From an uncultured delta proteobacterium (lineage in GTDB: Bacteria > Desulfobacterota > GWC2-55-46), in NCBI GenBank assembly GCA_963727865.1, contig CAVSHY010000011.1, positions 4,161 through 68,160 of the forward strand: DNA of 64,000 bases, in the 5' to 3' direction. Under the pieces are notes generated by a model. It was not told where the DNA came from. It saw nothing but the letters and a program-made list of their open reading frames with translations, and ran no database searches. Positions 17,427 through 28,279 of this stretch are shown here, in pieces; within the stretch, counting starts at the first letter, position 1, and each line of letters starts with the position of its first letter. A program made the translations under genes and the position numbers.

Positions 17427-18283
17427 TCTGCACCTGTTCCCTTATCTTCTCCAACTCCCCTTTCATCTCCACCACGGTTTGAGTTATCTGAACGTCGATC
17501 GATTTTGACGCGATGGTGTTTGTCTCCCTTACGAGTTCCTGGCAAAGGAAATCGAGCCTTTTGCCGACAGGCTCTTTCAACGCAACATATCGCCTGAACA
17601 TGCTGAAATGACTTTTAAGGCGGACCACCTCTTCGCTGATATCGGATCTTTCGGCGTATAAAGCCGCTTCAAGAAGGACCCTCGATTCATCGGCCTTGCC
17701 GCCTGTGATCTTACCCATTTCTTCTTTCAATTTTTCCCTGTAAGATTCAAGCGCCCTGGGCGCCACTTCTTCTATATCCGACAATAATCTTTCAACGGAG
17801 GAGATCCTCGAAAGAAGGTCGTTTTCAAGCGCGGCCCCCTCCTGGACCCTCCATTCCTCAAGCTGGCCGAATGCCCTGGAGAGCGCCCCCTTCAGGGGTT
17901 CCCAGTCAGATTCTGAGGGAGCGGCTTTATCAGAGGTAAATATATCCCTCAGTTTTAAGAGAAACGGCACATCCGCTTCGCCCTTTACCCCGAGCTCATC
18001 CTGAAGCTTTTTGGCGGCGTCGATATACGCTTTTGCGACCCCGATATTCAACTTTAAGGGCGGCGCGGTTCCGGTGAGGGCCGATATATATACCGAAAAA
18101 GAACCCCTTGAGAACCTCTTTTTTATCTCATCCCTGACCCTTGTTTCAAGAGGCGAAAACCTCTCCGGGGACTCTCAGATATATATCGGCAAAGCGATGG
18201 TTAAGGGACTTAACCTCCACGGAATAGGATTCATCGTTTATCGAGAAATCCCCCCGGCCCCAGCCTGTCATGCTCTTAGTCAA
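17416..18283 (-). CDS. yicC: YicC/YloC endoribonuclease, frameshifted near 18167-18170
   Basis: N-terminal KSMTGWGRG...EVKSLNHRFADI in one frame; C-terminal DISEEVVRLKSH, GKRLDFLCQE, ETNTIASK, KIREQVQNVE in another; one extra base in a 4-nt G/C run. Confidence 0.88.
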
Positions 18284-18632
18284 TCCTCAGCCCCCTCCCT
18301 ATCTTGAACGCGTAGCGTTTCCTGAGCTCTTTGGTGTTGATAAGCCTTCCCCCGTCTCTCCTTAATTCGTCCTCAAGCCCGTTTATGAATATCTTTATGC
18401 CGGCGAGCGCCTCCATTTCAATGAGGTCTTCGAAGGAGACTATCTTTCTTACAAACCCTATTCCGAACTCCTCCTCATAATAATCCGTCCGGGTAAATTC
18501 CAGAGGCTCGCTTAAAAAATCGATCGGCCCGAACCTCTTCTCGAGCCTCTTTAAGGTTTTAGTAAAAAGCCTGTTCTGTCCTGTAAAAAGACTTATCACA
18601 AGCGTCGCGCGCTCCGGCTCTTTCGGTCTCAT
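18276..18632 (-). CDS. DUF4416-family protein, apparently internally shortened
   Basis: FGPIDFLS, FTRTDYYEEEFG, LAGIKIFINGLE; typical position upstream of yicC. Confidence 0.65.
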   Translation of the reverse strand: MRPKEPERATLVISLFTGQNRLFTKTLKRLEKRFGPIDFLSEPLEFTRTDYYEEEFGIGFVRKIVSFEDLIEMEALAGIKIFINGLEDELRRDGGRLINTKELRKRYAFKIGRGLRID

Positions 18633-18641
18633 CAGTCGGTC

Positions 18642-19646
18642 TTAAATTCCCGCCTTAAGCCCTGTCGAAATAGCTTCCATGAGTTCTTTGGTGGTCAAGG
18701 TCGCGGTGCCGACTTTCCCGACCACTACGCCCGCGGCGAAGTTGGCGATAACCGAAGCCTCCTTAAAACTCGCGCCTGAGCCCAGGGCGAGCGCGAGCAC
18801 CCCTATGACCGTATCGCCGGCGCCGCTTACGTCGAAGACCTCCCTGGCTACCGTCGGAATATGCGTCTCCGAGTTCGGCTCGAAGAGGCTCATGCCGTTC
18901 TCCCCGCGGGTAATAAGGAGCGCCTCGCAGCCGAGCCTGTTAAACAGCACCTCCCCGGCCCTGTGGAGGCTGGCGTCGTCAACTATTTCAACCCCCGAGG
19001 CCATGGACGCCTCGAGGTTATTGGGAGTGACTATCGTGACGCCTTTATAATAATCGAAATGCTCCACCTTCGGGTCAACGGCGACGGGCTTTTTAAGCCT
19101 CCGGCACATATCCCGCGTCTCTTCAACAAGACCCTCGGTTATAAGGCCTTTGGCGTAATCCGAGATCACGACGATATCGGCGGACTTAACGGCCTTGCGG
19201 ATATAGTTTAAAACCCTATCGGTGCTGTCGCCCTCCAGCCTCTCCTTTTTCTCCCGGTCGAACCTCACTACCTGCTGGCTGTGGGCTATGACCCTGGTCT
19301 TTATGGTCGTGGGCCTCCTGGTATCCGGTATGATACCGTCCGCGGATATGCCCTTCTCCTTAAGCGCCTTAATAAGTTTTTTTCCGTCCTCGTCCCGCCC
19401 CACGACGCCCGTAACAAAAGATATCCCTCCAAGGCTGTGTATGTTATTCACGACGTTGGCGCTTCCACCGAGCATAAGGCTCTCTGAAGTCACCTCTACC
19501 ACGGGGACCGGCGCCTCAGGGGAAATGCGCCTGACCTTACCCCATATGAAGTGGTCCATGATAAGGTCGCCTATCACAAGGACCCGCGTCTTTTTGAACT
19601 TCTCTATTATGGAAGAGGCCCTTTTTATGCTCAGGTATCTTTTCAC
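18642..19646 (-). CDS. rfaE1: D-glycero-beta-D-manno-heptose-7-phosphate kinase (RfaE domain I/HldA)
   Basis: GDLIMDHFIWGKVRRISPEAPVPVV, SDYAKG, TPN, DVSGAGDT, VVGKVGTA. Confidence 0.93.
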   Translation of the reverse strand: MKRYLSIKRASSIIEKFKKTRVLVIGDLIMDHFIWGKVRRISPEAPVPVVEVTSESLMLGGSANVVNNIHSLGGISFVTGVVGRDEDGKKLIKALKEKGISADGIIPDTRRPTTIKTRVIAHSQQVVRFDREKKERLEGDSTDRVLNYIRKAVKSADIVVISDYAKGLITEGLVEETRDMCRRLKKPVAVDPKVEHFDYYKGVTIVTPNNLEASMASGVEIVDDASLHRAGEVLFNRLGCEALLITRGENGMSLFEPNSETHIPTVAREVFDVSGAGDTVIGVLALALGSGASFKEASVIANFAAGVVVGKVGTATLTTKELMEAISTGLKAGI

Positions 19647-19670
19647 CTTTTAAACTTCCTTTTTTCTTTT

Positions 19671-20795
19671 TTAGCTTTTATTTTTAATAAGGAGGTCCAG
19701 AAACTCGGTTACGTTCCTTTCGATCGAATACTTTGATGCCTCGATTCTTGCCGATCTTCCGGCCTCTTTCCTTTTTTCTTCGTCGAGGAAAGGCATGATC
19801 TTTCCCGCCATCTCATTCGGGTCGGTAGGGTCTTCGAGTATCGCCGAATTAACCCCGTCAGTGAGGACTTCCGAAACCCCGTTCACCCTTGAAGTCACAA
19901 CTGGCAATCCCGCCGCCATCGCCTCAAGGCAGGCGTTACTGAAGGGCTCATAGATCGAGGGCAGGATAAAGATATCGCCGGCGCTATAGTAACTCCATGC
20001 GTCTTTAAGAGGCCCCTTGAAAAAAATCCGCTCTCTTACCCCGAGATCCCCGGCTTCCCTGACGTACTTCACGGTGTTGCCCTTGCCTATGACAAGGAGC
20101 CTTACATCCGCCTTTTCCTTAAGCACGCTTAAGGCCCGGATCAGGTATTTAAGCCCCTTTCTCTCAAACCCTGAACCTACGAAAAGGAGTAACGGGGTTT
20201 CATCCCTTAGCCCGAGGCTTTCCCTTATACTCCTTCGCTTCTCCTTCTTTTCCTCCTGATTGAAGCTGTAAGATTCAACACCATTATATATAACAAAAAT
20301 CTTTTCTCCTGGCAAACCATAATGCCATATTATCTCGTCCTTTACCCTCTTCGAGTTCGCGACGACCATCTTGAGCCTTTTACTGTTAAAGAGCTTTTTT
20401 TCCAGATAAAGCAGCACCAGATGCTTTGGGCTTAAACTGTTTAAAAGGCGTTTAAACCATGATACGGTCTCGCCTCTCCTTATAAGCCACTCCCTGTGGC
20501 AACCGTCCCCGGCCCTGTAGATATCCTGGCAAAAAGTCCTCTCAAGGCTCAATACCACATCGGGCCGGATCTTATCCACGGCCGATCGTGCGTTTAACGC
20601 GAATATGAGCGGCTTTAAGAAAGACGGGCCCCATGACTTGATTTTGTGTACCTTTACCCCTTCTCTTTCCTCCCAGTTTGTGGAAAACACCTCAAGGGTA
20701 TGCCCTCTTTTAAGGAGTTCTGTTATGAACCTGTGAAGGAAGACCTCAGCCCCTCCGTAAGGGGTATAATGCCTCCTTATAAGCCCGATCCTCAC
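19671..20795 (-). CDS. GT4 glycosyltransferase, WaaG/RfaG-like (LPS core)
   Basis: YTPYGGAE, YRAGDGCH, FVGSGFERKGL, YEPFSNACLEAMAAGLPV. Confidence 0.85.
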   Translation of the reverse strand: MRIGLIRRHYTPYGGAEVFLHRFITELLKRGHTLEVFSTNWEEREGVKVHKIKSWGPSFLKPLIFALNARSAVDKIRPDVVLSLERTFCQDIYRAGDGCHREWLIRRGETVSWFKRLLNSLSPKHLVLLYLEKKLFNSKRLKMVVANSKRVKDEIIWHYGLPGEKIFVIYNGVESYSFNQEEKKEKRRSIRESLGLRDETPLLLFVGSGFERKGLKYLIRALSVLKEKADVRLLVIGKGNTVKYVREAGDLGVRERIFFKGPLKDAWSYYSAGDIFILPSIYEPFSNACLEAMAAGLPVVTSRVNGVSEVLTDGVNSAILEDPTDPNEMAGKIMPFLDEEKRKEAGRSARIEASKYSIERNVTEFLDLLIKNKS

Positions 20796-20848
20796 GCTTT
20801 AGCCCCGATAGTCCTGGATATAACGCCCCGATATTTTTCTTTCCCCTC

Positions 20849-21874
20849 TCATAAACCGGGTAAAAGTTCCTTTAAGGCCGAGAACGCTGAGGCCGCGTCG
20901 ATTGAAGCCGCGTCATCGCCCTTCTGCAATATTATATTGGGAACCCCCCATGGGGCCCATCTCCTTTTATCCGTGGAGCCCCATATGGTTAAAATGGGCT
21001 TACCCAGGCCGGCCGCGATGTGCATCGCCCCTCCGTCACAGCATACCGTAAGATCCCCGAGAGCCATTGCGGCTATAAGCTCCTTTAAGCTCTCCGTCCT
21101 TAAGAAAAGCGGCCTTTTTTTCATGGAATAGATTATCCACTCCGCCTTTGAATCATCGCCCGGATGGAGCGGGTTATCAACTTTTCCCGGGGACCATAAA
21201 AGTAAAACCCTCAGGCCTTTTTTTTCATGGATCCTGTCCCCTAATTCCATGAACATCTCTTTCGGCCACCTGTTCTCGGGCCTTCTTGAACTTATGTGGA
21301 ATATAACGATCTTCTCCCTTTCTTCAAGCCCGTTCTTTCTCAGATTGATGTATAAGGATTCTTTAAGCTCCCCGGAAGGCCTGACGCAAAGAGACGGGAT
21401 AGGGCCCTCAATCCCCAGAGGCTCAAGAAGTCCCATGGTCGCCTCCACCTCATGCATAGGGTCCCTATGTTCGATAAGAGGGTGATTATAGAACTTTTGA
21501 GATTTATCTTCAGGCACATAACCTATCCTTAATTTCGCCCCTGTGAGAAAAGTATATCTCGCGAGCGTAGGAGAATAGGAACCGCACCCTACGGCGGCAT
21601 CGTACTTCCCGGCCCTTACGCGCCTTATGACTTTCAGGCTATTGAGCCATACCCTAACCCTGTTTTTGCCGCCGCTGTGTTTAAACTTCTCATAGGCGTA
21701 TATTTCGTCGACATCGGGGTTATCCCTCAGAACGTCGGCGTTATAGCTGTTTACGAATACCCCGATCTTGGCCCTGGGGTACTTGAGCCTTATAGCCCTT
21801 ATCGCGGGTGTGGTGCAGACGAGGTCCCCGATATTATCCCTCCTGATAAATATTATCTTCTTTATATTATCCAT
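20849..21874 (-). CDS. GT9 glycosyltransferase (heptosyltransferase family)
   Basis: DNIGDLVCTTP, CCDGGAMHIAAGLG, RWAPWG. Confidence 0.85.
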   Translation of the reverse strand: MDNIKKIIFIRRDNIGDLVCTTPAIRAIRLKYPRAKIGVFVNSYNADVLRDNPDVDEIYAYEKFKHSGGKNRVRVWLNSLKVIRRVRAGKYDAAVGCGSYSPTLARYTFLTGAKLRIGYVPEDKSQKFYNHPLIEHRDPMHEVEATMGLLEPLGIEGPIPSLCVRPSGELKESLYINLRKNGLEEREKIVIFHISSRRPENRWPKEMFMELGDRIHEKKGLRVLLLWSPGKVDNPLHPGDDSKAEWIIYSMKKRPLFLRTESLKELIAAMALGDLTVCCDGGAMHIAAGLGKPILTIWGSTDKRRWAPWGVPNIILQKGDDAASIDAASAFSALKELLPGL

Positions 21875-21883
21875 GGAAAACCG

Positions 21884-23827
21884 CTACAACCGAACGTTAT
21901 TTATCTCAACCCATACGGCAAGGACCAGCAATGACCAGAGGGGCTCGCTCAGGTTCGCTTTTCCTGAAAGATGCGCCTCTATCATTTCTTTCATGGCGGT
22001 CTTATTGAACGGGGTCAGGGGAGAACTTTCGGAGAGAAGGTACCTCTCAAGATCCTCTTTTAATACCGTCCTCATCCATGCCGCGAGGGGAGGGTTAAAA
22101 CCGGCCTTCTTCCTGTTCAAGATTTCGGGGGGAAGCTCATCCCTCATCGCGTCCCTGAGGAGCCGTTTACCGAGCCTACCCGTTTTAAAAGAAATGGGAA
22201 GGCGGTTTGTCCATTCGACAAACCGGTGGTCAAGGAACGGGGAACGGTTCTCGAGGCTGTGCGCCATTCCGGCCATGTCGGATTTCATGAGTATGTCTTC
22301 AGGCAGATTCGTCATCTGGTCTATCGCCATGAGCCTCTCTATCAGGTTTGAGGGCCTGCTCTCATGAAGGAGCTTAAGTATTTCATCGGGCCATCCGTTT
22401 TCAGCGGCGAACCACGAGGCGTCTTTATATAGGCTCAGACGCGCTTTATGCGAAAACCCCGTAAAACGCAGGGGATATGTATTTACGGAATCCCCCGAGA
22501 CCGACTCCAATATGCGATCTACCCTTCCCCATCCGCTTTTCTTATCCACCCCTGCCGGGAGTTTTCCGGAAATAAGCGCTGATGACCTGTGGACAAATTG
22601 AGGCAAATGGTCAAGAGGCCAGTTCCTCCTGTGGATAAAATAGCGCTTGTACCCCGCGAACACCTCGTCGCCGCCATCGCCGTTAAGTATCGCCTTTACA
22701 TGCGAGGCCGCTTCCCTTGAGAGGTAAAAGGACGGCACCATGGAGGGGTCCCCGAAGGGCTCGTCAAAGTGCCAGACGATCCTCTTCAGGTCCTCTTTCG
22801 GCTTAAGTTCAACTAAAAATTCAGTATGTTCTGTCCCGTAACGCTCTGAGACCATCCTCGCGAAAGGCCGCTCGTCAAATTTAGCATCCGAAAACCCAAC
22901 GGAGAATGTCTTTATCCCGCCGCTGAAATGTCTCCTCAATAGCGACACTATTACGCTTGAATCGATCCCGCCGCTTAAGAAAACCCCGAGTGGGACATCG
23001 GAGACGAGCCTTATCCGTATAGCCTCTTCAAGCAGTTCCATCGTCTTTTCCTTCGCTTGAGCGTAGGCAAGTTCTGTTTTCGGCTCAAACCGGGCTTGCC
23101 AGTACCTCTGGACTACCGGGCCACCTGACGGATTTTCGAGAGAAAGCGTAAGGCTGCAGCCAGCCGGAAGTTTAAAAATATTTTTTATACCCGTAAGAGG
23201 CGGCAGCACGTACCGGTAAGCGAGATACTGGTCTATGGCTTTTGCGTCCGCCTGTCTCCCCACCCAGGGCAGCGATAGAATCGCCTTAAGTTCGGAGGCG
23301 AAGGCAAAACGCCTCCCGTCCCAGTAATATTTGAGAGGCTTTAACCCCAGACGGTCCCTTGCCAGAAAAAGCTTTTTTTTAGGCGCGTCGTAAATGCAAA
23401 ACGCGAAAAACCCCCTCAGGCGCTCAAGGCAGGCTTCGCCATACTCTTTATAGGCGTAAAGAAGGGCCTCGGTATCGGTATTCGACCGGAATACGCATCC
23501 GCGCCCTTCGAGCGCGGCCCTGAGCTCACGGTAATTGAAAACCTCGCCGTTATAGGTGATCCACAGATCGCCTTCGGGAGTTGACATGGGCTGATGCCCG
23601 GCTGAGGAGAGATCGATTATGCTCAGGCGGACATGCCCCAATACGAGGTCGGATTCCCCGGGGTTTAAATCTTTATCTCCGGAAAAACCGGAAAGGAACT
23701 GAGCGCTTTTGAAAGAAACCATGCCGGAATCATCAGGCCCCCTGTGCCTGAGCGAACCTAACATCTTATCCATTTCCGAAGTGGATATGGAGCCGTTATG
23801 ATTGAAGATACCCGCTATGCCGCACAT
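21884..23827 (-). CDS. asnB: Asparagine synthase (glutamine-hydrolyzing) family amidotransferase
   Basis: MCGIAG, HRGPD, RLSIIDL, NGEVFN, RDRLG, LSGGIDSS, GDGGDEVFAGY, SLENRSPFLD. Confidence 0.92.
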   Translation of the reverse strand: MCGIAGIFNHNGSISTSEMDKMLGSLRHRGPDDSGMVSFKSAQFLSGFSGDKDLNPGESDLVLGHVRLSIIDLSSAGHQPMSTPEGDLWITYNGEVFNYRELRAALEGRGCVFRSNTDTEALLYAYKEYGEACLERLRGFFAFCIYDAPKKKLFLARDRLGLKPLKYYWDGRRFAFASELKAILSLPWVGRQADAKAIDQYLAYRYVLPPLTGIKNIFKLPAGCSLTLSLENPSGGPVVQRYWQARFEPKTELAYAQAKEKTMELLEEAIRIRLVSDVPLGVFLSGGIDSSVIVSLLRRHFSGGIKTFSVGFSDAKFDERPFARMVSERYGTEHTEFLVELKPKEDLKRIVWHFDEPFGDPSMVPSFYLSREAASHVKAILNGDGGDEVFAGYKRYFIHRRNWPLDHLPQFVHRSSALISGKLPAGVDKKSGWGRVDRILESVSGDSVNTYPLRFTGFSHKARLSLYKDASWFAAENGWPDEILKLLHESRPSNLIERLMAIDQMTNLPEDILMKSDMAGMAHSLENRSPFLDHRFVEWTNRLPISFKTGRLGKRLLRDAMRDELPPEILNRKKAGFNPPLAAWMRTVLKEDLERYLLSESSPLTPFNKTAMKEMIEAHLSGKANLSEPLWSLLVLAVWVEINNVRL

Positions 23828-23854
23828 TTTCTATGATTTTACTCTTGAGCCCGG

Positions 23855-24976
23855 TCAAACAAAGGAACGGATCTTTTTGGAAAGCCTATTTTGAACGCTC
23901 TCGAGGACCTCTTCCGGGGTTATGGACGTCATGCAATTATTCTCTGAAAATTCGCATGTCTTCTTTCTGCACGGCACGCACTGAAGGCCTTTTTGGATGA
24001 CGATATCCTTTTTATTGACGGGCCCCGTGGTTTCGGGGTCATCGGGGCCAAAGAGCGCGATTGTCGGGACATGAAGCGCCTGGGCTATATGCATCGGGCC
24101 GCTATCCGTAGTAACTATAAGCTCGGAATTATAGATAAGGGCCGAGGACCCCCGTATCGAAAGCTTGCCAGCGGCAGAAACCCCTCCAGAGGCACGGGCG
24201 ATATCCTCAGCCACAGGGGCTTCGCCAGGCCCCCCTATTACAACAGGGGTATAACCAAGCCTCTCATTCAATAAGACGCAGAACCTTTTAACATTATCGG
24301 CGTTCCACCACTTGTTCTTCTTCGAGCCGAAGGGATGGACGATTACAAACCCATTTTTATTTTTTTTGAGCCTTTCAGCGAAAACCTTCGCTTCCGCATG
24401 GTCGGCCTCAAAGAGAAATAGCTCAAGCTCCCTCCCCCCTGCCTTAATGCCGTAAGACCCGAGGTTCTTTAGCTTTATATCCACCTCGTGTCCGGCCGGG
24501 GAAGCGTCCCTGACCGGGAATGAATACAGCGACGCGAATTTAGTCTCTTCCCAGTTGACCTTCATCCTCCACGGCGCGCCGGTAACGTAGACAAGGGGTC
24601 CCGTGTCAGGGTCATTCGCGTGAAGCACGATAGCAAGATCAAACCTCCCTTTACGGAGCTCCCGCAAAAGCCTCGGCAGTTTCAGGACGTAGGCGATGTT
24701 TATCCTTCCGGGATACTTTATAAAACCGTCTATCCGGGGATTGCCCCGAAGAACCGCCTCGGCGTTTTTACTCACGAGCGCGGTGATCCTTGAGGCCGGA
24801 AAATTCTTCCGGATATTTCTTATGGCGGGGGTCGAAAGAAGCGTATCCCCGATGGCGGTCGTGTTCACTATAAGAATATTTTTTACCTTATCGGCCTTAA
24901 GGGGCGCAGCAGCGGGGTCGTTTCTGCTCGCCGCGGAAAAAATAATCTTTAAGATTGAATGATGGAGCTTGGCCAT
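23855..24976 (-). CDS. GT9 glycosyltransferase
   Basis: TAIGDTLLSTP, TTDSGPMHIA, LFGP, C-terminal CVPC...C...CM. Confidence 0.85.
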   Translation of the reverse strand: MAKLHHSILKIIFSAASRNDPAAAPLKADKVKNILIVNTTAIGDTLLSTPAIRNIRKNFPASRITALVSKNAEAVLRGNPRIDGFIKYPGRINIAYVLKLPRLLRELRKGRFDLAIVLHANDPDTGPLVYVTGAPWRMKVNWEETKFASLYSFPVRDASPAGHEVDIKLKNLGSYGIKAGGRELELFLFEADHAEAKVFAERLKKNKNGFVIVHPFGSKKNKWWNADNVKRFCVLLNERLGYTPVVIGGPGEAPVAEDIARASGGVSAAGKLSIRGSSALIYNSELIVTTDSGPMHIAQALHVPTIALFGPDDPETTGPVNKKDIVIQKGLQCVPCRKKTCEFSENNCMTSITPEEVLESVQNRLSKKIRSFV

Positions 24977-24988
24977 GATTATGACTTT

Positions 24989-26158
24989 TTATCGGATTTT
25001 AGAAGCCCTTTGATTTTCTTCCATTGTATCGATATAACCCTTTAAAACCCCCCAGACCTCGTCGGTCTCCAGCGAATCGAGGCAAACGCTCTTTATGGTA
25101 TCGTTACATCCCGCCTTTCCGCATGGGACGCACGCCCAGTTCTTCTGTATGACCGTATGCCTGCCGAAGGTCTGAATTCCGCCCGTTTTCGGATAAGGGG
25201 TGGATAAATCCGGGTTAATCCTTGACTTTGAGACCTCGTCATTATCCCACGGCCCCCAGTCGAAGGCGCCGCTCGGGCCGAAGATACCTACGACCCTCGC
25301 GCCCGCAGCCGCGGCTATATGCATGGGCGCCGTATCGACCCCGAAAAAGAACTCGGCGCCCCTGGAAAGGCTCGCCAGGTGCTTTAGCTTGAGTTTTCCG
25401 GAAAGGTCAATGGGTTTACTCTTCATGAGACTTATGATCGCCCTTACCTTCCTCAACTCCTCTTCGTCAGCGCTCGAGGTTATTACGACCCTTAAACCCC
25501 TCAATTGAAGCATGTCCATGACCCCGGCCATGCCCTCGTCGGTCCAACATTTAAAAAGCCATCTTGAAGTAGGATGCGCGTGGACATACCGTTCACCCTT
25601 TTTTAAGCCCCTTTCTCCAAGCGTCCTTTCAATAAACGCGTCGTCCGCGCCGGTTGTGTATATGTCTACCGAAAGATTCTTCGTATCTATGCCAAAACCC
25701 CTGAGGAGTCCGAGGTCGCGGAGGACCGTATGCGTCCTTGCCGTGGGCCTTTTGGCGATATGGGTATAGAGAAACCTCTTTCCGATGAAACCGCTCCCCT
25801 CCGGTTCGTACGCGAGCCTGTATCTGGCGCCCGATAAAAAACCGATGAGCGCGGGCCTGTCCCCGCTCGTGAGGTCTACCGTCATATCAAACCTTTTCTT
25901 CCGAATTTCTTTTACAAGCCTTAACTCCCCGGATATCCGCTTGAATAGGGCCTTCCGCTTCAGAGTGCGGTCGTAACATATGACCTCATCCAGCAGAGGG
26001 TTAAGGGTAAGCATCTCTTCAGTGCCTGAATTCGCGAGCGCGGAAATTCTGGACGCGGGGAAGTTCTCCCTCAGCGCCCTTATGGCCGGGACTGTTAAAA
26101 GGACGTCTCCCACATGCCGGAGTTTTAAAACGAGTATATTTTCCACACCTTCGAACAA
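24989..26158 (-). CDS. rfaQ: LPS heptosyltransferase III-like (GT9, WaaQ/RfaQ)
   Basis: KLRHVGDVLLTVP, HPTSRWLFKCW, GVDTAPMHIAAA, FGPS...WGPW; start reassigned to TTG 26158. Confidence 0.8.
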   Translation of the reverse strand: MFEGVENILVLKLRHVGDVLLTVPAIRALRENFPASRISALANSGTEEMLTLNPLLDEVICYDRTLKRKALFKRISGELRLVKEIRKKRFDMTVDLTSGDRPALIGFLSGARYRLAYEPEGSGFIGKRFLYTHIAKRPTARTHTVLRDLGLLRGFGIDTKNLSVDIYTTGADDAFIERTLGERGLKKGERYVHAHPTSRWLFKCWTDEGMAGVMDMLQLRGLRVVITSSADEEELRKVRAIISLMKSKPIDLSGKLKLKHLASLSRGAEFFFGVDTAPMHIAAAAGARVVGIFGPSGAFDWGPWDNDEVSKSRINPDLSTPYPKTGGIQTFGRHTVIQKNWACVPCGKAGCNDTIKSVCLDSLETDEVWGVLKGYIDTMEENQRASKIR

Positions 26159-26195
26159 ATTTATCCCCAAAAGCGCAAAAAGGGTACCCGGCTGA

Positions 26196-26945
26196 TTAAC
26201 CCGTACCCTGCCTGAGTTCACGGAGCTTCGCGTACTTCGCGAACGTATAAAACGCGTAAAACGCCGAAAGCACGAACCCCGTGGTACCTTCAAGGAAGCC
26301 CCTCTTCAGGACGAACATCTTGAAGAAAGTAAAGGGTGGGCGCAGCGACATATCAATAAGCCCCGCGCTCTTACCCTCGTCAAGCATCTGCCTCGCGGCA
26401 AGGGTTGAATAACGCTCCATCCTTTTCAGATAATCCGAGATATCCCTGTATGTGCGGTGAACCATCGGGTTTTTAAGGTATCCCTTCGGGCCGTTTACGA
26501 TAACGGATTCGTGGACGCGCCTCTCGGAAAACCCGCCCATGTCTTTCCTGTAGAGCCTTAAATTATAGTCAGGATACCAGCCGCAGTGCCTTATCCATCT
26601 CTCCCCGAAAAAATTCATCCTGGGGATATAATATCCCGCCTTATCCCCTGACTCCGCGGCCTTAAGTATCTCTTCCTTAAGCTCCGGGGTTATCCTTTCG
26701 TCCGCGTCTATATTAAGTATAAAATTATTTCTGGCCCTGCCGGCGCAGAGGTTTTTCTGCTTACCGAAGCCTGACCACGCGTCAAAGTATACCTTGGCCC
26801 CGGCCTCGCGGCATATCCCTGCCGTCCTGTCGCTGCTGCCCGAATCGGAGACGATTATCTCATCAGCCCACTTAACGCTTTCAAGGCACTCCCGGATATT
26901 ATCCTCTTCGTTAAGAGCTATTATGGTGACGGATATGTTCTCCAC
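26196..26945 (-). CDS. GT2 glycosyltransferase (WaaE/KdtX-like)
   Basis: ALNEEDNIRECLESVKWADEIIVSDSGSSDRT, IDADE, GWYPD, VHE. Confidence 0.85.
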   Translation of the reverse strand: MENISVTIIALNEEDNIRECLESVKWADEIIVSDSGSSDRTAGICREAGAKVYFDAWSGFGKQKNLCAGRARNNFILNIDADERITPELKEEILKAAESGDKAGYYIPRMNFFGERWIRHCGWYPDYNLRLYRKDMGGFSERRVHESVIVNGPKGYLKNPMVHRTYRDISDYLKRMERYSTLAARQMLDEGKSAGLIDMSLRPPFTFFKMFVLKRGFLEGTTGFVLSAFYAFYTFAKYAKLRELRQGTG

Positions 26946-26979
26946 CGGGCCTTTGGATTTTGAGGGTATCTACGGGTTG

Positions 26980-27150
26980 TTATTTCATGGAAATGGCTTC
27001 GTCTACGAGCATAACCGGGATATCGTCTTTTATGGGATATACAAGACGGCACTTCTCACAGACCAGCCCGTCCTTTTTTTCATTGAGCTTTATCTTACCC
27101 TTGCATCTCGGACATGCGAGTATATCTAAAAGTTCTTTGTCTATAGCCAT
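26980..27150 (-). CDS. Trm112/YcaR family protein
   Basis: LLDILACPRCKG...LVYPIKDDIPVMLVDEA. Confidence 0.9.
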   Translation of the reverse strand: MAIDKELLDILACPRCKGKIKLNEKKDGLVCEKCRLVYPIKDDIPVMLVDEAISMK

Positions 27151-27328
27151 AAAAAAACCTCCGGGTAGTTTTGGCAATTGTCCGTGGTTGAAAACCTGAT
27201 TCCAAGCTTACAGGGAATATACCATAAAAGAGACGTCTAAAAAAGGGCCTCGAACGCGCGGCTCATTAAGGGCCCCTAAAGCGTTCTCCGGGGGGCTTTC
27301 CAGAGAAAGGTTCCTCTTAAAACACTTT

Positions 27329-28279
27329 CTAAGCCGCCGCCTCCTTCTCCCCTCCCATCCTTATATATTCGATGCCGCCTATCAAGCTTACAAGAGCAGT
27401 TATGGCAAACCACATGAGTGAAAGGGTCATAGCCTGCTCAAGGGTAGCCCCCACCTTTGTAAAAAGGAATATGAAAGCCCCTTCCCTTATCCCAAGGCCG
27501 GATAAGGATATCGGGAGCATGGAGATCATGGTTGTAAGGGGTATATAAAGGAAGAAATACCCGATGGGGATATTAATCCCGAGGCCTCTTCCCAGGATAT
27601 AGTACCCTATGATAACCCCGGCCTGTATATAAATGGAACACAAAAAAACCTTTAAAAGCAAACGGTGATGGTTTTTGTAGCCCATAAGGACGTTATAAAA
27701 GGTATCTATCTTCTTGTTTATCCCGTAAAAATGTATCTTTGTGAGCACACTCATCGCCCAGCCGTGAAGGCTCTCTACCCAGATGACGAGGCTCGCGGAA
27801 ACAAAACCGCCTATAAGAAATACGAAAGCCGCGGGAAGGCCGGTGCCTTTGATGCGGACATACCCGGGTATCAGGGCGACGGAGGTTATGAGGATAAGGG
27901 CGGCAAACCCCGAGTACCTGTCCATAAATATCGAAGCAACGGAGATATCCCCCCTCTTTGACGACCTGTAAAGATAGTACCCCTTTACGATGTCCCCTCC
28001 CACCATGGTGGGGAGAAAATTATTAAAAAACATCCCTATGAAATAGATGGAAAAGAGCCTGGAATATGAAATCTTCATATCCTTTTTAAGGATAATCGAC
28101 CAGCGAAGAGTCGACACGCTCTGAGTGGAGAAGAAAATTAACACGGCCAAACCTACGGAAAGAGGATTAACCGAGGTAATCGTCTTCCAGAATACGTCAA
28201 GCCTGATGCTTCTGAAAAGAAAATACATGATGGCGAGGCTTACGGCTATCTTTATAAGGACGGAAAAGAACTTTTTCAT
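27329..28279 (-). CDS. Lysylphosphatidylglycerol synthase TM-domain (UPF0104, flippase-like) protein
   Basis: FFNNFLPTMVGGDIVK, DRYSG, LPISLSGLGIRE. Confidence 0.82.
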   Translation of the reverse strand: MKKFFSVLIKIAVSLAIMYFLFRSIRLDVFWKTITSVNPLSVGLAVLIFFSTQSVSTLRWSIILKKDMKISYSRLFSIYFIGMFFNNFLPTMVGGDIVKGYYLYRSSKRGDISVASIFMDRYSGFAALILITSVALIPGYVRIKGTGLPAAFVFLIGGFVSASLVIWVESLHGWAMSVLTKIHFYGINKKIDTFYNVLMGYKNHHRLLLKVFLCSIYIQAGVIIGYYILGRGLGINIPIGYFFLYIPLTTMISMLPISLSGLGIREGAFIFLFTKVGATLEQAMTLSLMWFAITALVSLIGGIEYIRMGGEKEAAA

